Shown here: in pieces, positions 20,291 through 28,865 of the stretch | Position numbering within the stretch: the first letter of the stretch is position 1 | Layout of the letters: each line of letters begins with the position of its first letter | NCBI GenBank assembly: GCA_034723415.1 | Contig: JAYEOX010000115.1 | Location: 1-38,336 of the forward strand | Reading direction: 5' to 3' | DNA from: Fidelibacterota bacterium | GTDB lineage: Bacteria > Fidelibacterota > Fidelibacteria > Fidelibacterales > Fidelibacteraceae | Length of the DNA: 38,336 nucleotides | The notes under the pieces: model-generated | Databases searched by the model: none | What the model saw: only the letters and a program-made list of their open reading frames with translations | Told to the model about the DNA's origin: nothing | Made by a program: the position numbers and the translations under genes

Positions 20291-21226
20291 TTATTGTTTT
20301 ATTTTATAAAATGTTCCTCTCGTTTGGCGATTAATTTCAATTTTTTCATCTGCTTCTAATACATCAAGATACTTATTTATTTCATTTCTGTGAATTCCAA
20401 GAATTTCTGTAAGATCTTGAAGAGTGCAAGGTCTTCTATGAATTGTTTCTAAAATTGCTGATTCGGTATCTTCTCGATAAGATTTTATTTCTTTTCTTTT
20501 TGGTGCAGATGCAATTATTTCAACATTATCAAGATTCCAAAAATCAGCGATTTTTTGTAAATTATTTTTAGTAGCAGGATAAAGGTTTTTTAATATTCCG
20601 GGCCTATCAAGAGTGTTTAATTGTATTCTATCAGGTTTAATTTTTACAAATGCATCTTTTAGTGATTTTAAATTTTCTTTATCATCATTGTATTCCGGGA
20701 GGATTAACACTTCAAGCCATATTTTCCCACTATATTCTTTTCTAAAATTAATCAATCCTTGAATATATTTGTCAATAGATAATGAATGAAATGGTCTGTT
20801 GATTTTTTTGAAAGACGATTCCGTTGCCGCATCAAGTGAAGGTAAAACAAGATCGGCTTTTAACAATTCTGTTCTTACTTTTTTTTGATTAAATAAAGTT
20901 CCATTTGTTAAAACAGCAATTGGAATATTAGTGTATTTTGATTTTAAAAATTTGATAATGTCACCAATTCTTGAATTTAAAGTTGGTTCGCCTGAACCGG
21001 AAAAAGTTATAAAATCAGGTGCAGGATTATTATCTAAATAGTGGCTTAATTCTCTAATTACATCGCTATATGGAACATATTCTCTTCTTTCAATTGTTAA
21101 ATTTGTAGTTTCACCACATTCGCAGTAAACACAATTTAACGAACATACTTTTGCCGGAATTAAATCTATCCCCAAAGATATGCCTAATCGACGAGATGGT
21201 ACCGGTCCAAAAAGATATTTATACAT
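20291..21226 (-). CDS. Radical SAM protein (COG0731/TYW1-like) with C-terminal HTH-like extension
   Basis: FGPVPSRRLG.SLG, CSLNCVYC, TFSGSGEPTL, VLTNG, SLDA. Confidence 0.9.
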   Translation of the reverse strand: MYKYLFGPVPSRRLGISLGIDLIPAKVCSLNCVYCECGETTNLTIERREYVPYSDVIRELSHYLDNNPAPDFITFSGSGEPTLNSRIGDIIKFLKSKYTNIPIAVLTNGTLFNQKKVRTELLKADLVLPSLDAATESSFKKINRPFHSLSIDKYIQGLINFRKEYSGKIWLEVLILPEYNDDKENLKSLKDAFVKIKPDRIQLNTLDRPGILKNLYPATKNNLQKIADFWNLDNVEIIASAPKRKEIKSYREDTESAILETIHRRPCTLQDLTEILGIHRNEINKYLDVLEADEKIEINRQTRGTFYKIKQ

Positions 21227-21261
21227 TTTATTTCCTTCAATACAATATTATTTTTTATTAA

Positions 21262-21297
21262 TTTTTTTCGTGTTATTTTTTCGTGTTTTTAGTGGCT
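21262..21297 (-). repeat. Short CCAC...CACGAAA intergenic repeat
   Basis: Minus strand AGCCACTAAAAACACGAAAAAATAACACGAAAA overlapping the DUF89 stop. Confidence 0.45.
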
Positions 21298-22140
21298 AAC
21301 ATTTATACTTTTTAATACAATGTCATTTTCTTCAACACCAATATGATTAGCGATAACGGGGCATTTAGCTTTTAGTAGAAAGAAAATAGACCTTTTTACA
21401 TCCGAGAGTCCTTCATAATTCCCCTGTCCTTTACTTATCACCATACTTGCATCATTAAATTTTTTAATAAAGTTTTCATTACATAGATTTAAAATAGTTC
21501 CCGGAGCAGTAGTTCCGGAAGAGATGATTTTAGCTATTTTGTCAATGCCAATATATTTTGCTTCATCAATTGTTATATCATTTATTATTGGAATATCTCT
21601 AACAACATAAGTAACAGAGTGGGGGAGCTCTTCGATAAGAATTTTGTCAAAAACCGTCTCACCTGCATTGTCCCCAATATATAGAATTTCATCGTGTAGA
21701 TCTAAATGTTGTTTAAATTGTTCATAATCAAAAATAGCAAAATCCTGTTTTAGTATTTTTTCTACATCTTTCACAATATCAAATTCTTTATCCATTCCGA
21801 GATCAATCACATTTCCTGCAATTGCAAGACGAACTGCAGTTAGAAGTCTATCGTCAGAATTTTTTACAATTTCTTTCAATTTCGGATATAATGCTAATCC
21901 TTCTTTAATATTTTGTTCTTTTATTTTTTTATAAGGATCATTATTCCCTGTTATTTCTGCTATTTTTTTATAAATGATTTCACCAGTTTCCGGTGGTGTA
22001 TTTTCCATAGGAATATCTTTTAGCATCATTCCAACTTCATCGAGAAGCTTTTTGATCTTTGTCTCATCATTTGTTGATATTCTTGCCGCTCTGAGAGTTT
22101 GTTGCATAAAACAAGGGAAGCAATCAAGATAAGTTTTCAT
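21289..22140 (-). CDS. DUF89/ARMT1-like damage-control phosphatase
   Basis: N-terminal CFPC, GNVID, DNAGE, INDIT, KGQGNYEGL, KAKC. Confidence 0.9.
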   Translation of the reverse strand: MKTYLDCFPCFMQQTLRAARISTNDETKIKKLLDEVGMMLKDIPMENTPPETGEIIYKKIAEITGNNDPYKKIKEQNIKEGLALYPKLKEIVKNSDDRLLTAVRLAIAGNVIDLGMDKEFDIVKDVEKILKQDFAIFDYEQFKQHLDLHDEILYIGDNAGETVFDKILIEELPHSVTYVVRDIPIINDITIDEAKYIGIDKIAKIISSGTTAPGTILNLCNENFIKKFNDASMVISKGQGNYEGLSDVKRSIFFLLKAKCPVIANHIGVEENDIVLKSINVSH

Positions 22141-22324
22141 CTATTTCTCCATTTGGTAATAAGTTATCGGGGTGATAAATCCCATTTTCTTCTTTTTGAA
22201 ATCTGACACATTTTTCCCAATCGCCGTGACAGTATTTTTCTGACCATTTTTTATCTAATTTGCCGGCTTCGGTAAAATATCTTATTGGACAGCAACAGTA
22301 CCATTTACACTCTTTTTGATTCAT
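22124..22324 (-). CDS. Small Cys-rich hypothetical protein
   Basis: 66 aa, CKWYCCCP...YCHGDWEKCVRF...HPDNLLPNG; overlaps the DUF89 start. Confidence 0.7.
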   Translation of the reverse strand: MNQKECKWYCCCPIRYFTEAGKLDKKWSEKYCHGDWEKCVRFQKEENGIYHPDNLLPNGEIDENLS

Positions 22325-22336
22325 AAATTAATAACT

Positions 22337-23494
22337 TTATTTAAAATATTTATCCATTCTATCAAATGCTTTGTTGATCATTTCTTTGGAAACGCAGAAA
22401 GATAGTCTTATATGACCTTCACCTGTTGGACCGAAAGCAATCCCAGGAGTTGTGGAAACCTGTATATCTTCGAGCAGTTTTTTACTGAATGCTATGGAAT
22501 CTTTCCCGGCACTTCCTAAAATTTTTGGAAACATTAAATATGAACCGCCTGGTTTAGAATATTGAAAGACAGAATCTAAATTATCCAATCGTTCACACAT
22601 TAAATTTCTTGTTTCTAAATAATGTTGTTTAAATTCTTTTATGCATTCTTGACTACCTTTTAAAGCACCGATTGCCGCATATTGAGAAACGACAGGAGCA
22701 CAAATAGAAAAGGGAATATGTGCTTTTTTTATTTGGGTAATATTTTCTTCACTTGCATATAGATAGCCGATACGCCATCCTGTCATTGCATAACTTTTAG
22801 TAAATGTGTATGTTGTAATAATATTATCTTTTATTTCCGGTATTGAAGCTATGCTAAAATGTTTTTTATTGTCAAATGTAAAATATTCATAAGCTTCATC
22901 AGTAATAATTGTAAGATTGTTTTCTAAAGCAAGATCTGCTAATTTTCTTAAATTACTTTCTGAAAAAACTGTACCTGTTGGATTATTTGGTGTGCAATAC
23001 ATTATTGCTTTTGTTTTGTCAGTTATTGCATTTTTTATTGCTTCAATATCTAATGCAAAATCTTTTTCTTCAATTAAGGGAACTAATACAGGTTTACCGG
23101 AAGCTAATTCTACTTGACGAATATGAGTTGAATAAGTTGGCGTTGGTAATATTACTTCATCACCAGGATCAATTGATGACATGACAGCTGCTGCTAATCC
23201 TTCAATTGCTCCAACAGTTACAAGTAATTGTGAAGTATCTGCTTCAATATTATTATCTTTTTGTAATTTTTTCACAATTTCTTTTCTTAATTCGGGTAAT
23301 CCATCACTTTGAGAATAACCACCTACTAATCCATTTTCAATTGCAGAAATAGCAGCTTTATTAATGTGCTCGGGAGTTCCTGAAGTTGGTTTTGCCCAAG
23401 ATAAAAAGGCTACATCATCATATTGTTTTGATAATCGAGTCATTTCATGGATTGCAGATTTTCTAATATTACTTACACGATTTGATATTTTCAT
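22337..23494 (-). CDS. PLP-dependent aminotransferase class I/II
   Basis: PNNPTG, DEAY, TKSYAMTGWRIG; start reset to ATG 23494 (MKISNRV) behind a GGAGG RBS. Confidence 0.92.
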   Translation of the reverse strand: MKISNRVSNIRKSAIHEMTRLSKQYDDVAFLSWAKPTSGTPEHINKAAISAIENGLVGGYSQSDGLPELRKEIVKKLQKDNNIEADTSQLLVTVGAIEGLAAAVMSSIDPGDEVILPTPTYSTHIRQVELASGKPVLVPLIEEKDFALDIEAIKNAITDKTKAIMYCTPNNPTGTVFSESNLRKLADLALENNLTIITDEAYEYFTFDNKKHFSIASIPEIKDNIITTYTFTKSYAMTGWRIGYLYASEENITQIKKAHIPFSICAPVVSQYAAIGALKGSQECIKEFKQHYLETRNLMCERLDNLDSVFQYSKPGGSYLMFPKILGSAGKDSIAFSKKLLEDIQVSTTPGIAFGPTGEGHIRLSFCVSKEMINKAFDRMDKYFK

Positions 23495-23516
23495 TTTATT
23501 ACCTCCATAATAATTA

Positions 23517-24155
23517 TTAAAATTCAATAACTTTTCCAACTCCACCTTCAATATATTTTGTTGGATATAAAGATTTGATTTTTTCTTTATATTTTGTGCA
23601 GTGGGTAGGGCAGACATATTTGACATCTTGTAAAATTTCAAAATCTTTAAAGCCATGTAATCCGCCAACGATTGCAAATATATTTCCAAACTTTGATACA
23701 GAATTCATAATTTTTTCTACACCGGGATGTCCACAACCAATTATTAAAACTAAACCTTTTTCGGTTTTAATTGCTAATGATTGCTCTCTTTTATCTAATT
23801 CTCCTGATAAAAAAATATTCTTATAAATTTTTGTCGGTTCATCGTAATATTTCACTTCATTTGGATAACGAATTCCACGAAATGAAATTGGAATATGCAC
23901 AGTTGCTGTTTTGTTCAAAAGTAAAAATGTAGAAAGTCCTCCGATGTGATCAAAATCCGGATGAGAAATAACAATATCATCGATAGATGTTGGATCAATA
24001 TCTAAATTCGTAATGTTTTCTAAAAGAATTTTTCCACTCCCACCGGTATCAAACAATATTTTTTTATTATTGGTTTCGATAACACAAGAAAATCCCCAAT
24101 CAGCTTTTAAATTATTACTTATTGAAGTGTTGTCATAAACTATTGTGATTTTCAT
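23517..24155 (-). CDS. MBL-fold metallo-hydrolase (COG1237-like)
   Basis: WGFS, LFDTG, SHPDFDHIGG, GCGHPG, GGLHG, PTHCT. Confidence 0.88.
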   Translation of the reverse strand: MKITIVYDNTSISNNLKADWGFSCVIETNNKKILFDTGGSGKILLENITNLDIDPTSIDDIVISHPDFDHIGGLSTFLLLNKTATVHIPISFRGIRYPNEVKYYDEPTKIYKNIFLSGELDKREQSLAIKTEKGLVLIIGCGHPGVEKIMNSVSKFGNIFAIVGGLHGFKDFEILQDVKYVCPTHCTKYKEKIKSLYPTKYIEGGVGKVIEF

Positions 24156-24185
24156 AAATACTCCCTTTAAAAATTAATTGTATAA

Positions 24186-24575
24186 TTAAAAAGATAGATG
24201 CCTTCTTTTATCACCTTTTTCCCATTCATTAAAAATATTTTCAATATTATTACAAATATTGTCTATACTTTTTTTGATGTTTTCTTCTTTTACAACAATA
24301 CAAACAAATTTTTTCTTGATTCGTTTTATGTTTGGACCAAAAATTTTTGAAACAACTACATTAACATTTTCTTTACTGAGTAAATTTGTAATTCCTTTTG
24401 CTTTTTTTGGATCAGCATGCATTTTTTCTTCTTCAGTTGTATTGTCAATTATTTTTATAAAATTAGCATTATTATTATCTATTTCATAAATATAGTAATG
24501 TTCTGCATCTCCAAAATGGCGACCCATAAAGGATTTACCGTCATCTGTGGCAAAAGCTACTTTTATTTTTTCCAT
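24186..24575 (-). CDS. NifB/NifX family protein
   Basis: VAFATDDG...HFGDA..Y.IYE...FGPN. Confidence 0.82.
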   Translation of the reverse strand: MEKIKVAFATDDGKSFMGRHFGDAEHYYIYEIDNNNANFIKIIDNTTEEEKMHADPKKAKGITNLLSKENVNVVVSKIFGPNIKRIKKKFVCIVVKEENIKKSIDNICNNIENIFNEWEKGDKRRHLSF

Positions 24576-24594
24576 TTAATTCTCCAAATAAATA

Positions 24595-24933
24595 TTAGAA
24601 TTTTTTCAATTTGTCCTTTTTATAGGCATCATAAGCTTCTTTTAAAGTCATATTACCCGCACCAACAAAAATATTCAAGTTGCCACTTTCTAAAACGGTT
24701 TTAGCATTTCCGCCCGGTCCGTTTCCTGTAATTAATACATCTGCATTTGCTTCAAAAATCTTTTGAGCTGTTTTTGGTCCAACTCCATGAGCTTCGGAAG
24801 CAACTGCTGTATTATCTAAAATGTCAATCTTATCACTATCTTCGTTATATATAAATATATATTCCGTTCTTCCAAATCTTGGATCTATTTTAGAATCCCA
24901 TTCTTTACCTTTTGCTGTTAATACAATCTTCAT
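24595..24933 (-). CDS. NifB/NifX family protein (Orange protein/MTH1175-like)
   Basis: DPRFGRT, AHGVG, ITGNGPGGNA. Confidence 0.88.
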   Translation of the reverse strand: MKIVLTAKGKEWDSKIDPRFGRTEYIFIYNEDSDKIDILDNTAVASEAHGVGPKTAQKIFEANADVLITGNGPGGNAKTVLESGNLNIFVGAGNMTLKEAYDAYKKDKLKKF

Positions 24934-24999
24934 TTTTCTTCTCCATTTAATTAATGTTATATTTATAAATTCTGTAAAATTATGTTTAATAAATTTTTA

Positions 25000-25875
25000 T
25001 TATTTTGTTAATTTCTTTATTTTTTTCCAGCTATCTTCTAATATCTTTTTTATTTCCCCATTATCATATTCAACAATCGTTTTTCCATAAGTCATTGCTT
25101 TTGTAAAATTTTCATCATAAGGGATTTCAGAAATAAATTCAATTTTTTCTTCTTTAATAAAATTGTGTATCTCTTTTAGTTTGTTTTTATTTACATCTGC
25201 TTTATTAATTATACATCCGGCTTTTATACCGAATTTTTTTATTACTTGATATACTCGTTTTAAATCGTGAATTCCTGAAACCGATGGTTCTGTTACCAAT
25301 ACAACAAAATTTGCTCCGGAAAGTGAAGAGACAACAGGACAACCAATTCCGGGTGAGCCGTCAACTATTACAAATTCTTTTTTACTATTTTCTGCTAAAG
25401 CTTTTGTTTCATTTTTTACTTTAGCTACTAATTTTCCTGAATTGTCTGCACCAATTTTAAGTGATGCATGAACCATTTTTGTATCTGTCCGAATATTTGA
25501 AACGAACAATTTTCCAACATTTTCTTCACTCATATCAATTGCATCTGTCGGACAAACTAATGGACAATATCCACAACCTTCACAACTTAATGGTTCTACA
25601 ATAAATTTTCCATCAATTATAGGAATAGCATCAAATCTACACACATCGGCACATTTACCACATTTAATGCATTTTTCTTGATCTATTTTTGCAAGCAATC
25701 CGCTGTAAAAATCTTCAGAACTTTCAAAATCCGGATTTAATAAAAGATGCATGTCTGCAGCATCTACATCGCAATCGGCAACAACCACATTTTTACCGCC
25801 AAGGTATGCAAATGAAGCCGTAATTGATGTTTTCCCAGTTCCGCCTTTTCCGGAGACAATAACTATTTCTTTCAT
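25000..25875 (-). CDS. MinD-superfamily P-loop ATPase with inserted 2x[4Fe-4S] ferredoxin domain (COG1149)
   Basis: SGKGGTGKT, DCDVDA, CIKCGKCADVC, CEGCGYCPLVCP, SPGIGCP, TEP. Confidence 0.92.
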   Translation of the reverse strand: MKEIVIVSGKGGTGKTSITASFAYLGGKNVVVADCDVDAADMHLLLNPDFESSEDFYSGLLAKIDQEKCIKCGKCADVCRFDAIPIIDGKFIVEPLSCEGCGYCPLVCPTDAIDMSEENVGKLFVSNIRTDTKMVHASLKIGADNSGKLVAKVKNETKALAENSKKEFVIVDGSPGIGCPVVSSLSGANFVVLVTEPSVSGIHDLKRVYQVIKKFGIKAGCIINKADVNKNKLKEIHNFIKEEKIEFISEIPYDENFTKAMTYGKTIVEYDNGEIKKILEDSWKKIKKLTK

Positions 25876-26741
25876 TTTATTTTCTCCGTTTGATATTTTA
25901 AAATATAATCTCTCACTTTCTCAAGTTGTTTTTTCACTTCTGGAATTTCTTTATAAAGTAGTTTCCCATCAGAATACAAATCTGCAATTTTTCTATCGTT
26001 AAGTATTTTTGCGATTATTGGAATATTATTATCTTTGCAATATGAAAGAACTTTGTCATCTCCTATTCCATATCTGTTAATCACAATTCCAAAATCTTTG
26101 TTGAGTTCTTTCATCGTTTCTACTGCTAATTTTAAATCATGTAATCCAAAAGGAGTTGGTTCTGTAACTAATAAAATCAAATCAGCATCTTTAGTAGATT
26201 CAATTACAGGACAAGAAGTTCCGGGTGGGGAATCGTAAATTTTGATAATATCATTCTTTGTAAATTTTTTATCAATGTATTCTAATGTTTGCTTGATCAA
26301 TGGAACTGCCTGTTCTTCACCAATAATTAGTTTACTTTCAATAAAATCAAGATTCCTCAATTTAAAATGCTTCAACTCTCCCATTTTTTTTGGTTTCATC
26401 GGTAAAGAGTTTGTCGGACATAATTCTGAGCATGCATAACAACCATGACAAAGTTCCGGAAAAACCATTATACTTTCACCAAGTTTTATTACGGCATTAA
26501 AATTACACACTTTTTGGCAATTTGCACATAGTTGGCAATTGTTATTAATCCATTCGGGAATCATTTTAAATTTATCTTCTTGGTGAATCAGCTTACCTTT
26601 AATAAATAAACCGGAATTTGGTTCTTCTACATCTAAATCTGTTAAAATAATTGGAGTAGTCTCAGATAAAAAATGTGCCAAATTAGTTGATAAAGTTGTT
26701 TTGCCTGTTCCACCTTTTCCACTTGCTATTGCAATTTTCAT
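25872..26741 (-). CDS. MinD-superfamily P-loop ATPase with inserted 2x[4Fe-4S] ferredoxin domain (COG1149)
   Basis: SGKGGTGKT, DLDVEEPN, CQLCANCQKVC, CHGCYACSELCP, PPGTSCP, TEPTPFGLHDL. Confidence 0.92.
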   Translation of the reverse strand: MKIAIASGKGGTGKTTLSTNLAHFLSETTPIILTDLDVEEPNSGLFIKGKLIHQEDKFKMIPEWINNNCQLCANCQKVCNFNAVIKLGESIMVFPELCHGCYACSELCPTNSLPMKPKKMGELKHFKLRNLDFIESKLIIGEEQAVPLIKQTLEYIDKKFTKNDIIKIYDSPPGTSCPVIESTKDADLILLVTEPTPFGLHDLKLAVETMKELNKDFGIVINRYGIGDDKVLSYCKDNNIPIIAKILNDRKIADLYSDGKLLYKEIPEVKKQLEKVRDYILKYQTEKIK

Positions 26742-26753
26742 TTTACCTTCTTT

Positions 26754-27092
26754 TTAATGATCGCATAGATTATCTTTTGATTCTAATTCGTCAGATATAT
26801 AAGCTTCTACTAATCCTTTAAGATTATCAGATTGTAATCCGATAATTACTTCAATATTATTTTGTTGGAATAATTGTTGTGCTTTTGTTCCCATTCCACC
26901 TGCAATAATTGTATCACAACCCAGTTCTCTTAGAAAAACCGGATGTGAACCCGGAGTATGTGTCGGAGGATCTACAAAATATTCTTTAATAACTTTATTA
27001 TTTTTAACTTTATAAATTGCGAATTTTTCACAATGTCCGAAATGTCTACTTAAAATTCCATTTGTAGTTGGAATCGCTATTTTTTTATTCAT
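26754..27092 (-). CDS. NifB/NifX family protein
   Basis: IAIPT...HFGHCEKF...PPTHTPG...IAGGMG; C-terminal CDH. Confidence 0.88.
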   Translation of the reverse strand: MNKKIAIPTTNGILSRHFGHCEKFAIYKVKNNKVIKEYFVDPPTHTPGSHPVFLRELGCDTIIAGGMGTKAQQLFQQNNIEVIIGLQSDNLKGLVEAYISDELESKDNLCDH

Positions 27093-27190
27093 TTACTCTC
27101 TTTTTTTTAAAATTTTTTCACAAAAAAATAATTTTTATCCGATTGAATTTAGATAAATTTAATATGCAACAGTTTTTAGAATAAATTTTA

Positions 27191-27610
27191 TTATTCAACC
27201 ATTCGTATTTCTGAAGTCAACTTCATTGCTTGTCTATATGTTTTAGTAACACCGCAATATCTCTCTTCCGAAAGTTTAACAGCTTTTTTTATTTTATCCA
27301 TTGGTAAATTTTTACCTTTGAATTCAAAAATTGTATGCATTTTGTGATAGTGTTTTGGATGTTCTTCTGTTAATTCACCTTCAACTTTAACATGAAAATC
27401 TTCAACATCGACTCTCATTTTCTTTAAGATAGAGATCACATCCATTCCGGTGCATCCACCTAAAGCAATTAACATAAATGGTTTCGGAGGTGGACCTTTG
27501 TCCTCACCTCCGACATTTTTTTCTGCATCTAAAATAATTTCATGGCCATTCAAAGATGTTTTAAATGACATCTTTTTATTCCAAGCAATATCAATTGATG
27601 ATTTACTCAT
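27191..27610 (-). CDS. OsmC/YhfA family protein
   Basis: LGGCTGMD...ILKKMR...EEHPK...YCGV. Confidence 0.88.
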   Translation of the reverse strand: MSKSSIDIAWNKKMSFKTSLNGHEIILDAEKNVGGEDKGPPPKPFMLIALGGCTGMDVISILKKMRVDVEDFHVKVEGELTEEHPKHYHKMHTIFEFKGKNLPMDKIKKAVKLSEERYCGVTKTYRQAMKLTSEIRMVE

Positions 27611-27622
27611 ATGACTTAATAG

Positions 27623-27811
27623 TTATTCGTGAGAAATTGCATCTGTTGGACATGATTCTTCTGCTGCTAGAGCATCTTCTTCCATATCAGCTGGGACTGG
27701 ATCTAAAATCACATGTGCTTTTGCATCATCTTGCATTTCAAATACTGTATCACATTCACTTTCACATACTCCACATCCAATGCATAAATTTTCATCAACC
27801 TTAAATTTCAT
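27623..27811 (-). CDS. Monocluster ferredoxin
   Basis: CIGCGVC...CPTDAI; acidic 62 aa; AAGGAG RBS. Confidence 0.9.
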   Translation of the reverse strand: MKFKVDENLCIGCGVCESECDTVFEMQDDAKAHVILDPVPADMEEDALAAEESCPTDAISHE

Positions 27812-27831
27812 TTTTTCTCCTTTTTTTTCTT

Positions 27832-28044
27832 TTACTTGTTTAATAATTCTTCTCTTACCAATCTATTTCCACATTTTGGGCATTTTAATTCTGTACATTT
27901 CTTTCCGCGTTGATGAGCAACTTTTTCTCCGCATTTGGGACATACACACACACCACCGGGTCCAAAAGCTCCACCTTTATTTCGTCCCATGCCTTTTTCT
28001 TGTTCTCGGCCTCTTCCTTGTCCTGTTCCTCTATTTTTTCCCAT
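27832..28044 (-). CDS. Small Gly/Arg-rich protein with double CxxC zinc ribbon
   Basis: GPGGVCVCPKCG...C...CPKCG; start set at ATG 28044 behind AGAGGTG. Confidence 0.75.
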   Translation of the reverse strand: MGKNRGTGQGRGREQEKGMGRNKGGAFGPGGVCVCPKCGEKVAHQRGKKCTELKCPKCGNRLVREELLNK

Positions 28045-28063
28045 TCCATCACCTCTTTTAAAG

Positions 28064-28345
28064 TTAGTCATTTTTATCTCCTTTTACAACATTTTTATAT
28101 TCAGTATCAATAATTTCTTTTTCGTCAATTTGATTATGTTTAATTTCGGGTTTATCTTTAAGTTTTTTATTAGAGGGAAACTGTTTAAATATTTTTTTTA
28201 TTTTACTATTTCCACTTGTGAGATCTTTAATAACTGTTCCTGTAATAGCAGTAAAAATTGTTCCAATTATAGAATTTCTACCTCTATGGCTTTTATCTCT
28301 TGCATTCCGATATTTAAAACCGCCTTGATGTTTTCCGTCATTCAT
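28064..28345 (-). CDS. Hypothetical protein
   Basis: 93 aa with AAGGAG RBS, co-oriented with neighbours; short hydrophobic stretch. Confidence 0.55.
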   Translation of the reverse strand: MNDGKHQGGFKYRNARDKSHRGRNSIIGTIFTAITGTVIKDLTSGNSKIKKIFKQFPSNKKLKDKPEIKHNQIDEKEIIDTEYKNVVKGDKND

Positions 28346-28364
28346 TATTTATCTCCTTTTTTTA

Positions 28365-28399
28365 GAAAAAAATGATAGGCGACAATAATGCCGCCTATC
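28365..28399 (-). terminator. Rho-independent terminator/attenuator after DUF5320
   Basis: Minus strand GATAGGCGGCA-TTAT-TGTCGCCTATC followed by ATTTTTTT. Confidence 0.7.
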
Positions 28400-28408
28400 T
28401 TTGATGAT

Positions 28409-28777
28409 TTAATCATCTTTTTTCTTCAATTCTGACAGGCGTTCTTCTGTAACTGTAACTTGTTCCTTAAGTGCTTTAATTTCTGATTCGAGGAATTTCT
28501 CTTCGTCTTTTTTAGAATATTGTGGAACGCCATAATTTGGATTTTGCATAAATCCTGCATTTTCATATCCACGACCATAATTACCAAAGCCTCTTCCGAA
28601 ACCTCTTCCGTATCCACGGCCATTACCATGACCGTATCCTCGTCCAAAGCCAAATCCACCACCTCCTCGTGGTGCACCCTTTGTAAATCCAGGGCTATCG
28701 TAACCATTGCAGTATCCTAATCCTCTGCCTGTCATTGGTCCCATTTCGTCAGGACCTTGTCTGTTACCTCTTGCCAT
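28409..28777 (-). CDS. DUF5320 family protein
   Basis: GP..MGPMTGRGLGYC, GRG(Y/F) repeats, C-terminal coiled coil; AAGGAGG RBS. Confidence 0.88.
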   Translation of the reverse strand: MARGNRQGPDEMGPMTGRGLGYCNGYDSPGFTKGAPRGGGGFGFGRGYGHGNGRGYGRGFGRGFGNYGRGYENAGFMQNPNYGVPQYSKKDEEKFLESEIKALKEQVTVTEERLSELKKKDD

Positions 28778-28827
28778 AATTTACCTCCTTTATTTTTATT
28801 AATAATTTCATTGTTAAATTTATTTCT

Positions 28828-28865
28828 TTAATCTCAACCTTAATCTCAACCTTAACCTTAATCTC
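28828..28865. repeat. Short tandem repeat (TTAATCTCAACC x2, TTAACC, TTAATCTC)
   Basis: Hexamer-based tandem units overlapping the DUF134 stop. Confidence 0.7.

Noticed and set aside
23495..23689. N-terminal extension of the aminotransferase
   Set aside because: Overlaps the MBL gene in another frame; a GGAGG RBS precedes ATG 23494.
24186..27092. Nitrogen fixation cluster
   Set aside because: Only NifB/NifX-family domains are present. There is no nifH/D/K/E/N, and the ATPases are COG1149-type rather than NifH.
27106..27123. Rex operator (TTGTGAA-N4-TTCACAA)
   Set aside because: Only one half-site is good, and the AT-rich context makes a chance match likely.
27935..28720. Overlapping or antisense ORFs 27935..28375, 28426..28707 and 28520..28720
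   Set aside because: Shadows of Gly/Arg-rich genes, whose codons lack stops in other frames; no RBS or motifs.
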